Of a DNA stretch of 36,280 bases, positions 8,531 to 15,130 are shown one piece after another. The DNA is from Candidatus Brocadiaceae bacterium. Its GTDB lineage: Bacteria > Planctomycetota > Brocadiia > Brocadiales > Bathyanammoxibiaceae. A program made the position numbers and the translations under genes. The notes under the pieces were generated by a model that worked only from the letters and a program-made list of their open reading frames with translations, did not search any database and was not told where the DNA came from. The DNA is taken from NCBI GenBank assembly GCA_030018855.1, contig JASEHG010000001.1, positions 1 to 36,280 of the forward strand, read 5' to 3'. The number at the start of each line of letters is the position of its first letter. Within the stretch, counting starts at the first letter, position 1.

Positions 8531-9980
8531 TAAGGGCCTGACCCAACTTTTCCATCATCCCGGCCTCTCCCCCCCAAATCCCTGCCCTCTGCAGTTGTAC
8601 ATAGGCCCGGCTACCCTCAGACGGTCCGCCTGAGGCGGATGCCACCTTCTCTACTACGTAACTGACTCTCAGCCACCGCCCCCAGGTCCTGAAGAGCATC
8701 CCGAAGAAGAGTACAGGGACCGCTATCCAGAGGAGGGCTACCCCTGGGTCATGACGATAGCTCAGGACAGTCCCAGCCTGGATGTTTCCAACCCCCACCC
8801 GCACCTCTTTAACCTCCTTTGTCTCACCCTCGTAAATCTTAAGTATTTCAGGCCTCTGCCCTTCCCCAGGGGTATAGGTCAGTTTCACAAAGGGACGGAT
8901 GGTGCAGGGACTTCCATCTTTTAAGAGTAACGTGCCTGAGATTACCTGCATGGTGCTGAATTCCCCCTCTAGTCCTGGTAGCTTATACGTACCCTTCTCG
9001 TCGGGTTCTACCTTTACCCCATTGGCAAAGAGGTCAAAGCGGTAGTCGTAGGCACTCTGGTAGAAGGTGAGTCCCCTGTAGCGTAAGGGTTCATTGACCC
9101 TGACGGTGACTTCCTTTTCAGGCTGCCTGGCATCGTATACCACTATGCGGCTGGCATACTCTACGGCGTAGAGGGCATCCTCCTTAGAAGAGACTACTAG
9201 CCCCCCTTGCTTCAGGGTCTCCTTGAGCCGTGGGCCGAAACCCTTTGCGGGGAAGCCCTCTATGCTGGGCTTCTGGGTGTATTTAATAGAAAATTTCTCA
9301 AGACCCAGTTTGAACTTCTTCTCAGGGGGCGCCTCCAGATGCTTTTCACCCCCGGTATACTTGTTCCACCTTATATCCTTTGAGACGGTGGCAACGTCTA
9401 CAGGCTCTCCTGGATAGATAGTCAGGTTAGACTCAAAGGCAAAGAGGAAGGTTATCATGGCCCCAATTACCGTGAGGATGACGGAGATGTGATAGGAGAG
9501 GGAGAGCCATACATAGTGGATAAAGCCTTGTTCAAGGACTCCTCCTGAGTGGACTTCTCCCATAAGGTGGGCAGGTTTCCTGAGGAATAGCCTTTTCTTG
9601 AAGAATCCCTCAATCCGCCTTGTGGCCTCTTCGGGGCCGTAGGGCAACTTGAACCCCACCGTGGCCTTATGTGCAGAGAGGGTAGAGACGGAGAGCATAG
9701 CCGGCTTCCTTATCTTGAGCACCCACGTGAGGCGCTTATAGGTGCAGAGGCAGAGGTTGAGGAAGAAGAGCCCCGACACCCCCAGGAACCAGGGGCCTGA
9801 ATAGACGTTAAGGAGGTCCAGCCCTTTTATAATCCTTAGGGCTAGCCCCGTTACCTTAATCTGCCCGTAGTCCCCACCGTAGGGCAGTATGTTCCCCACC
9901 AGATAAAATAAGAGGAGGATACCAAAGAGTACGATGGACGTCTTGGTGGAGCTCAATATGTCGTAGAGGGCGGAGAGCAT
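8520..9980 (-). CDS. resB: Cytochrome c biogenesis protein ResB/Ccs1 (system II)
   Basis: I place the start at the internal ATG (MLSALYDILSSTKTSIVLFGILL, a typical ResB N-terminus). This removes the overlap with ccsA. The layout is a large soluble domain flanked by TM segments. Confidence 0.85.
   Translation of the reverse strand: MLSALYDILSSTKTSIVLFGILLLFYLVGNILPYGGDYGQIKVTGLALRIIKGLDLLNVYSGPWFLGVSGLFFLNLCLCTYKRLTWVLKIRKPAMLSVSTLSAHKATVGFKLPYGPEEATRRIEGFFKKRLFLRKPAHLMGEVHSGGVLEQGFIHYVWLSLSYHISVILTVIGAMITFLFAFESNLTIYPGEPVDVATVSKDIRWNKYTGGEKHLEAPPEKKFKLGLEKFSIKYTQKPSIEGFPAKGFGPRLKETLKQGGLVVSSKEDALYAVEYASRIVVYDARQPEKEVTVRVNEPLRYRGLTFYQSAYDYRFDLFANGVKVEPDEKGTYKLPGLEGEFSTMQVISGTLLLKDGSPCTIRPFVKLTYTPGEGQRPEILKIYEGETKEVKEVRVGVGNIQAGTVLSYRHDPGVALLWIAVPVLFFGMLFRTWGRWLRVSYVVEKVASASGGPSEGSRAYVQLQRAGIWGGEAGMMEKLGQALTGH
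8623..8646 (-). repeat. In-frame copy of the TCCGCC-N3-GGCGGA palindromic module inside resB (encodes VASASGGP)
   Basis: Minus strand GGTGGCATCCGCCTCAGGCGGACC. Near-identical modules occur in the same frame at 30383-30409 and 33825-33851. Confidence 0.8.
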
Positions 9981-9986
9981 ATTTTT

Positions 9987-10059
9987 AGGGGTTAGGGAGT
10001 AGGGGGGAGGGGGTAGAGGGAAAAGATTGCTAATCCCCACTCCCCACTCCCTACCCCCT
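9987..10059. repeat. G-tract arm / C-tract arm hairpin filling the ccsA-resB spacer
   Basis: aggggttagggagtaggggggagggggtagaggg ... tccccactccccactccctaccccct. Confidence 0.85.
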
Positions 10060-10063
10060 GTTT

Positions 10064-10987
10064 CTAATAGGCATGCATGCTGTAGAGGCCAAAGAGCTTG
10101 GTAAGGAAGCCACTGCCCATAAACGTAATGAGCATGCAGGAGAATCCCAGCAGGCAGAAGACTGAGCCCCATACCGGCCTCCACTGAGGTATAGACATGG
10201 TGTGGAGGTACATGGCAAAGGTCGTCCAGGTTATGAGGGACAGTATCTCAAAGGGGTCCCATGACCAGTACCTCCCCCAGGCATCATCTGCCCAGGCAGC
10301 CCCTGAAATCATGCCAAAGGTTAATAGCGGGAACCCCATTAGTATCAGCAGGTAAGATAGCCTGTGGAAGGTTTCTACTTCCAGGGAGGGCAGACCGTAG
10401 TCCTCCCAGGTCCTCCTGGTAACTCCCAGGGCCTTTATTATGACGTAAGATAGCTCCACGGAGCATCCCACCACGAATACGGCGTAGGCGCCAAAGGCTA
10501 TCAGTACATGCCAGAAGTACCAGGGGCTCTGCAGGGCAGGGGCCAGGGGTGTAACCACCGGACTATACTTGTTTATGGCTATGAATAGGGCGGCTATAGA
10601 GAGCATGGTGACAAAGATTCCTGGGGTAGTGAGTTCTGCCCACCGCCTCCTTATAAAGAGATAAGTGGCGGTATTGCACCAGGCAAACCAGGAGAGGCAC
10701 TCGTATTTATTTTGTACGGGTGGCTGTCCCTCCTCAATGCCTCTGAGCATAATGAGCAGGGTATGGGCAAGTACGGCCAGGAGGAGGGTTCGGGTGGCCA
10801 TCCTGCCCACCGCAAAACTCCTCAGCGGCGGTAGGGCCACCCTGGATAGCACCGCAGGCAGGATGGAGCTTATCCAGAACTGGAGGAGGTGGAGGACACA
10901 ACTCAGGATATATAGTCCCACCACGGCAAAGAATAGCCTCATCTCCAGGGTAAGTAACGTACTCTCCCTAAAGAATATCTCTTGCAT
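10064..10987 (-). CDS. ccsA: Cytochrome c biogenesis protein CcsA/ResC (haem handling, system II)
   Basis: Polytopic membrane protein with the Trp-rich WWD-type motif WADDAWGRYWSWDPFE. Confidence 0.9.
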   Translation of the reverse strand: MQEIFFRESTLLTLEMRLFFAVVGLYILSCVLHLLQFWISSILPAVLSRVALPPLRSFAVGRMATRTLLLAVLAHTLLIMLRGIEEGQPPVQNKYECLSWFAWCNTATYLFIRRRWAELTTPGIFVTMLSIAALFIAINKYSPVVTPLAPALQSPWYFWHVLIAFGAYAVFVVGCSVELSYVIIKALGVTRRTWEDYGLPSLEVETFHRLSYLLILMGFPLLTFGMISGAAWADDAWGRYWSWDPFEILSLITWTTFAMYLHTMSIPQWRPVWGSVFCLLGFSCMLITFMGSGFLTKLFGLYSMHAY

Positions 10988-11033
10988 GTCTAAGTCCTTA
11001 TCTTAATGGGGTCTTATCTTTAATTAAAACAAT

Positions 11034-11042
11034 ATTTTACCA
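11034..11042 (-). promoter_or_regulatory. Possible extended -10 promoter element (TGGTAAAAT) upstream of ccsA
   Basis: The minus strand reads TGG TAAAAT about 47 nt upstream of the ccsA ATG. There is no good -35. Confidence 0.3.
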
Positions 11043-11137
11043 GTAAAAGTTGGGGAATTCAACGGTAAATTCCCCAGTAGGGTGTGGATGGTATAGGCAT
11101 GGGTTACGGTTGGTCTTTTAAACTAGAGGTGTAAGGG

Positions 11138-11294
11138 GATTCAGAGGTCAGAATTCAGTAGTAGATAATGGACTATGGACTATAGACCAGGGACTACGGA
11201 CTAAAGAAAGTCTATAGTCCAAAGTCCAGAGTCTAAAGTCTTTCCGCCTCAGGCGGATTAGTATTCTGAATTCTGACTACTGACTTCTGTATTC
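11138..11294. repeat. Nested heptamer hairpins. Outer arms are GAATTCA/CAGTAGT-type, inner arms are GGACTAY-type, and the palindrome TTCCGCCTCAGGCGGA lies at about 11242-11257.
   Basis: ggactatagac pairs with gtctatagtcc, and gaattcagta with tctgaattctgactac. Read directly. Confidence 0.75.
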
Positions 11295-11335
11295 TTTCCC
11301 TACCCCCTGGTCTCTGACCTTGCCCCTACGGTTCG

Positions 11336-11365
11336 TTGACAAGGTGTTTCCGTGGTTGCTATAAT
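11336..11365 (+). promoter_or_regulatory. Near-consensus sigma70 promoter (TTGACA, 18 nt, TATAAT) for the CNNM gene pair
   Basis: Exact consensus hexamers at 11336-11341 and 11360-11365, about 135 nt upstream of the ATG at 11501. Confidence 0.7.
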
Positions 11366-11374
11366 ACTTCTGCA

Positions 11375-11493
11375 GGGACTAGGGGTTAGGGATTAAGGGC
11401 TAGGGATAGGGGAAGAAATATAACGCAGGCTAATCTGCCTGAGGCGGACTGCGGCTACCCCTGCCCTCTGGCCCCTAATCCCTGACTCCTGCC
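11375..11493 (+). promoter_or_regulatory. Structured 5' leader. G-tract arm (11375-11412, six G3-4 runs), a central CTGCCTGAGGCGG palindrome, and a complementary C-tract arm (11455-11493) ending 7 nt before the start codon.
   Basis: Read directly. No SD-like sequence lies between the hairpin base and the ATG. Confidence 0.6.
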
Positions 11494-11500
11494 TACACTT

Positions 11501-12754
11501 ATGACAATGGATCTGTTCTGGTTCTTCCTCCTAATGGGTTCTTTACTCTGTCTATCGGCCCTGTTTTCAGGCTCAGAGACGGCCCTGTTCTCCCTTTCCA
11601 GGGAAGACGTTAAGAGGATAGAGGCCGAAGGCACTCGTACGGGGAGGCTCATAGCGGGACTGGTCAGTTCCCCCAAGAAACTCCTTATTACACTACTCTT
11701 TGGTAACAATGTAGTTAATGTAGCCTTTTTCAGCCTCTCGTATGGCCTGTCTCAATGGGCCCTCCAGCACGAGACCCATGGGGCCTTCTGGGCTACCGTC
11801 AGTGGGTTGGCAAGTCTCCTTATCGTTATCACCTTCGGGGAGGTAATCCCTAAAAGTATCGCAGTAAAGATACCCGAACACCTGGCCCATTACATAGCCT
11901 TCCCTATTTACGTAATAGATAAGCTCCTCTTGCCTTTCAGGGTACCCCTGGGGTGGATAGTGGATGGTGTGGGCTGGGTACTGGGTTGGCGCCCCAGGCA
12001 CGAACCTTATGTGACCATGGAGGAACTAAAGGTCATGCTCTCCTTGAGTGAGAAGCACGGGGCCGTGGAACCCAAGGCGAGGAGCATGATACATGCAGTG
12101 CTGGACTTTGGCAGGATGAGGGTGAGGGATTTGATGGTGCCCAGGGTGGATATGGTGGTCTTTGATATCTCCCGTCCTGCAGGGGAATTTGCTCAATTGG
12201 CCAGGAGTCGCATCTACAAGAAGATGCCCGTCTTTGAGGGTACCAGCGATAATATACTCGGGGTAGTTTATGCCAAAGACGTGTTCCTCAATCCGGATGC
12301 CAGATTAAGGGATCTGGTGAAGCCCATCCTTTTTGTCCCTGAGTCAAAGAATATAGAGAGCCTCCTCAGAGAGTTCCGCAGGGAGCACCAGCAGATGGCC
12401 ATTGTGGTAGACGAGTATGGCGGCACGGCAGGGCTTATTACCCTGGAGGACCTCCTGGAAGAGGTAGTGGGAGACATCCAGGATGAGACGGAACGCCCGG
12501 AAGAACCCATAAGGAGGGTAGGAGATAACCGTTACATAGTTCACGGCAGTCTCAGCCTCAGGGACTGGTCTGGGACCTTCGGGGTAGAGTTGGAATCCAG
12601 TGAGGCCGACACCGTAGGGGGCTTTGTGGTCTCTCTCCTGGGCCGTATACCACAGAGGGAGGACAGTGTTAGTTACCAGAACATCGTCTTTACGGTGGAT
12701 GAGGTTAAGAGGCGACGTGTCACCAGACTTCTTATAGAATTCAGAGAGGAGTAG
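11501..12754 (+). CDS. CNNM/DUF21 transmembrane domain - CBS pair - CorC_HlyC C-terminal domain protein (putative Mg2+/Co2+ efflux, hemolysin-family)
   Basis: N-terminus SALFSGSETALFSL and FGEVIPK (DUF21), then CBS pair region, then the C-terminal CorC-like domain. Confidence 0.85.
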   Translation: MTMDLFWFFLLMGSLLCLSALFSGSETALFSLSREDVKRIEAEGTRTGRLIAGLVSSPKKLLITLLFGNNVVNVAFFSLSYGLSQWALQHETHGAFWATVSGLASLLIVITFGEVIPKSIAVKIPEHLAHYIAFPIYVIDKLLLPFRVPLGWIVDGVGWVLGWRPRHEPYVTMEELKVMLSLSEKHGAVEPKARSMIHAVLDFGRMRVRDLMVPRVDMVVFDISRPAGEFAQLARSRIYKKMPVFEGTSDNILGVVYAKDVFLNPDARLRDLVKPILFVPESKNIESLLREFRREHQQMAIVVDEYGGTAGLITLEDLLEEVVGDIQDETERPEEPIRRVGDNRYIVHGSLSLRDWSGTFGVELESSEADTVGGFVVSLLGRIPQREDSVSYQNIVFTVDEVKRRRVTRLLIEFREE

Positions 12755-12827
12755 GCACTAAGCACGAAACACTGTCTTTGTTGCCTGATTCCTAGTGCGT
12801 AGTTAATAGTGCCTAGTGCATAGTGTT
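12752..12827. repeat. Heptamer-arm hairpin (GCACTAR units) between the two CNNM genes, followed by GTTGTTTT
   Basis: aggcacta (12753-12760) pairs with tagtgcct (12808-12815). The TAG stop of the upstream gene starts the arm. Confidence 0.7.
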
Positions 12828-12838
12828 GTTTTAAGACC

Positions 12839-13804
12839 ATGACGGAATATTACTTATTAATCCTGGCCCTTTGCCTTTCCTTCCTCTACTCTGGTAGTGA
12901 GACGGGCTTCTACTGTCTCAACCGCATAAGGCTCCATTACAGGGAGATAAAGGGCTGGTGGTCGGCAAGGATAATAATGAGATACCTGGCAGAGCCGCAG
13001 AGACTCATCTGCGCTATCCTTATTGGAAACAACGTTGCCAATTACCTTGCTACCATTGTCTTTACCTCCATCCTTATGCACAAGGTCTCCCCGGCGGAGG
13101 CAGGGTTGATGGCCACACTGATTCTGGCCCCCGTACTGATGATATTTTGCGAGATTCTCCCAAAGAGCCTCTTTCAGAGACATGCCGATAATTTCTTTTA
13201 TAAGGTGGTACCACTGGTGGAGGTCTCCTCAAGGCTCTTTCAACCCCTTGTAATACTGCTGGGGCTGACGAGTCGCCTGCCAGAGTACTTTATCCGTGCG
13301 GAGGCCCGGCAGAGCCCCTTCTTCAGCCCACAGCGTCTCAGTTTCCTATTGGAGGAAGGGGCAGAAGGGGGGGCCCTTTCTATGTATCAAAACATTATGG
13401 CCAGTAACATAATGGCCATGGGACAGACACCCGTAGGTAAGGTAATGATACCGCTGGAAGAGGTTACCATGGTCCCGGATACGGTCGGTCCGGAGACCCT
13501 CAAAGACATTGCCAGGGCAAAGAAGTTTTCCCGTATACCCGTCTATCAACGGGAGAGGTCTAAGGTGGTGGGTATCCTTACCCTCCTAGATTTCCTCAGA
13601 GAGGACAAAAAGGAGGTAAGGCCTTTTGTTAAACCCACCGTCTACCTGGAGGCCAGCCTGCCAGTAGATGATGCCTTACTCAGGCTCAGACACTCCAAGC
13701 AGAGGATGGGGATCGTTACCGATGGGAAAGACGGCAGGGCAGTGGGTATAATAACCATTAAAGATTTGGTGGAAGAGGTCGTAGGAGAACTCTCTGTGTG
13801 GTAG
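12839..13804 (+). CDS. Second CNNM/DUF21-CBS protein, lacking the CorC_HlyC C-terminal domain
   Basis: YSGSETGFY and CEILPKS (DUF21), then a CBS pair. It ends straight after the CBS pair (321 aa). Confidence 0.8.
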   Translation: MTEYYLLILALCLSFLYSGSETGFYCLNRIRLHYREIKGWWSARIIMRYLAEPQRLICAILIGNNVANYLATIVFTSILMHKVSPAEAGLMATLILAPVLMIFCEILPKSLFQRHADNFFYKVVPLVEVSSRLFQPLVILLGLTSRLPEYFIRAEARQSPFFSPQRLSFLLEEGAEGGALSMYQNIMASNIMAMGQTPVGKVMIPLEEVTMVPDTVGPETLKDIARAKKFSRIPVYQRERSKVVGILTLLDFLREDKKEVRPFVKPTVYLEASLPVDDALLRLRHSKQRMGIVTDGKDGRAVGIITIKDLVEEVVGELSVW

Positions 13805-13835
13805 CTAGTAGGGGCACGTTGCAATGTGCCCCTGC
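13805..13835. repeat. Palindromic element CTAGTAGGGGCACGTTGCAATGTGCCCCTGC
   Basis: It matches 29 of 31 nt of the element inside tsaD at 35741-35771. Confidence 0.9.
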
Positions 13836-13860
13836 TTACTTACATTAAAACGCACCAGTT

Positions 13861-13890
13861 GTAGGGACAGGGCTAAAGCCCTATCCCTAC
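13861..13890. repeat. Palindrome GTAGGGACAGGGCTAAAGCCCTATCCCTAC (12 bp stem, one mismatch)
   Basis: Read directly. Confidence 0.85.
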
Positions 13891-13902
13891 ACACCCCTTT
13901 GT

Positions 13903-13920
13903 CCCCTCTTTCTAGAGGGG
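13903..13920. repeat. Hairpin CCCCTCT-TTCT-AGAGGGG
   Basis: Read directly. Confidence 0.8.
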
Positions 13921-13930
13921 AAATAATAAT

Positions 13931-13956
13931 GGACAGACCTGAAGGTCTGTCCCTAC
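13931..13956 (-). terminator. Hairpin GGACAGACC-TGAA-GGTCTGTCC(CTAC). On the minus strand it is followed by ATTATTATTT. Candidate terminator of the glycogen/cytochrome transcription unit.
   Basis: 9-bp perfect stem directly downstream of the last minus-strand gene, followed by a T-rich tract. Confidence 0.5.
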
Positions 13957-13960
13957 ATTA

Positions 13961-14497
13961 CTACTCCGTCTTCTTTTTCTTGAATTTATCGTGGCAGTCG
14001 TAGCAGGTACGGGAGACATCGTCGTAGCGGAGTTTTGCCATCTGGATGTCCTTCCTATCCCCTGCCTGGATTAGGAGCATGATGGCCTTACGGAATTGGT
14101 CACCTATGAGGATAAAGTCCGTGGGTACCCCTGCCGGATTCTTTTGGTAGTAGAGGTTCACACAGCGGCCTGCTATAAGGTCTTCTATCTTCCTGGAGGA
14201 GGTGTTGATGGCGTCCCAGTCCTTCTTCTCCACGGCCCTATCCAGCCTCCTCATGTTCAGAGAGGTGGCCGCCATGGCCTCCTGCAGGCCCTTTTCGGTC
14301 TCCAGGGGCATCTCCTCCTTCTCTGCCTCCCACTCCCTCTTGGCCCATTCTTCCAGGGGTGGTAATTCTTCCTTCAGGAATTGCTCCTCTTCCTCCTTCA
14401 TGGTTACCTCTGGTTTCTCCCGCTCACAGCCCACTAGCAGAACAGTAGACAGTAGGCAGTAGACAGTAGACAGTAGAAGGTAGCGTCTTGTTTTCAT
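13961..14497 (-). CDS. Lipoprotein, class II (four-helix-bundle, cytochrome c'/c556-like) c-type cytochrome, paralog 1
   Basis: Signal peptide with lipobox LVGC. A single CxxCH (CYDCH) sits about 10 aa from the C-terminus, the hallmark position for class II cytochromes c. It is a paralog of the upstream gene. Confidence 0.65.
   Translation of the reverse strand: MKTRRYLLLSTVYCLLSTVLLVGCEREKPEVTMKEEEEQFLKEELPPLEEWAKREWEAEKEEMPLETEKGLQEAMAATSLNMRRLDRAVEKKDWDAINTSSRKIEDLIAGRCVNLYYQKNPAGVPTDFILIGDQFRKAIMLLIQAGDRKDIQMAKLRYDDVSRTCYDCHDKFKKKKTE
14443..14477. repeat. Five tandem heptamers (CAGTAGA/CAGTAGG) inside the coding sequence, encoding the signal-peptide core [12 protein letters not shown]
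   Basis: Read directly. The 7-nt period produces a 7-aa peptide period. Confidence 0.9.
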
Positions 14498-14517
14498 ATT
14501 GGCCTCACCCTATTCGC

Positions 14518-14590
14518 AGTAAACAGTATGTAGTAGGTAGTAAGCAGTAGGCAGTTTCTGCTTACTCCCTACTCCTTACTGCCTACTATC
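14518..14590. repeat. Heptamer-arm hairpin (CAGTAGG/GTAAGCA units) between the two cytochrome genes, overlapping the upstream stop codon
   Basis: gtagtaagcagtaggcag - tttc - tgcttactccctactccttactgcctac. Confidence 0.8.
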
Positions 14591-15130
14591 TTTCTCCTTT
14601 CTGTATCTTTGATGGCATCTTTCGCACCCTTCCTGCATCAGTTGGAACTGGCTCCTGGCAAGAGGGGCGTCCTGTTGCCGTTCGGCGAGCAGTAACCTGA
14701 GTACGGCGTCGTTGAATCTCTGACTCATTTGCACAAAGTCCTGGGGCACCTCTCTGTGGGCCTTTACGTAGGAGTTTACGCACCTGCGGCCTATCAGGTC
14801 TTCAAGGCCCTTGGCCGAGTCTCTAGCGGTTGCCCAATTACCGCCCCCAAGGGCGGACTCCAGCCTCTTCATGTGCCTTGAGGCACTGGCCATGACGTCC
14901 TTTAGTTCCTCATAGTCCTCTGCCCCCTGTCGGGAATAGCCCTGCCTCTGTTCCTCCTGGGGACTGGGGGGCCTCTCTCCTTCTTCCATGGTACTGAAGG
15001 CCTTTTTGACCTCTTCTTCGGGAGTGGCCCTGCCGCCTTCTGGTTGTGGCTCCTCCCACCCCCAGCAGGAGGGTAATCCCATGAGGCCCAGGAAGGCCAG
15101 TAATATTATATAGTTAGTCCTCGGCCGCAT
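14576..15130 (-). CDS. Secreted/lipoprotein class II-like c-type cytochrome, paralog 2
   Basis: The ATG at 15130 is preferred over the GTG at 15136. It has a signal peptide and a C-terminal CERCH. It shares the block EDLIxxRCVNxY...VPxDF...CxxCH with paralog 1. Its start overlaps the branching-enzyme stop by 17 nt. Confidence 0.6.
   Translation of the reverse strand: MRPRTNYIILLAFLGLMGLPSCWGWEEPQPEGGRATPEEEVKKAFSTMEEGERPPSPQEEQRQGYSRQGAEDYEELKDVMASASRHMKRLESALGGGNWATARDSAKGLEDLIGRRCVNSYVKAHREVPQDFVQMSQRFNDAVLRLLLAERQQDAPLARSQFQLMQEGCERCHQRYRKEKDSRQ

Noticed and set aside
9981-10184. N-terminal 68-codon extension of the ResB ORF (track ORF 8520..10184), overlapping the ccsA 3' end.
   Set aside because: The extension reads through the G/C-tract hairpin and the end of ccsA in another frame. 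The internal ATG at 9980 gives a canonical ResB N-terminus (MLSALYDILSS...) and removes the 121-nt overlap.
11375-11412. TTAGGG-like units (GGGGTTAGGGATTAAGGG) resembling eukaryotic telomere repeats, raising the question of contamination or a linear replicon end.
   Set aside because: Only one exact TTAGGG unit is present. It is embedded between bacterial genes with a complementary C-arm 45 nt away, so it is simply one flavour of the heptamer hairpins.
10988-11500. The largest spacer (513 bp) examined for a hidden small gene, riboswitch or known ncRNA (SRP RNA, 6S, RNase P, tmRNA).
   Set aside because: I recognised no conserved ncRNA motifs. The content is explained by two promoter regions, a GGGGAATT/AATTCCCC hairpin and the repeat hairpins. 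A covariance-model scan would be needed to exclude this fully.
11455-11709. Minus-strand 84-aa ORF spanning the CNNM leader and gene start.
   Set aside because: It overlaps the start of the well-supported CNNM CDS and the C-rich repeat arm. The composition looks spurious.
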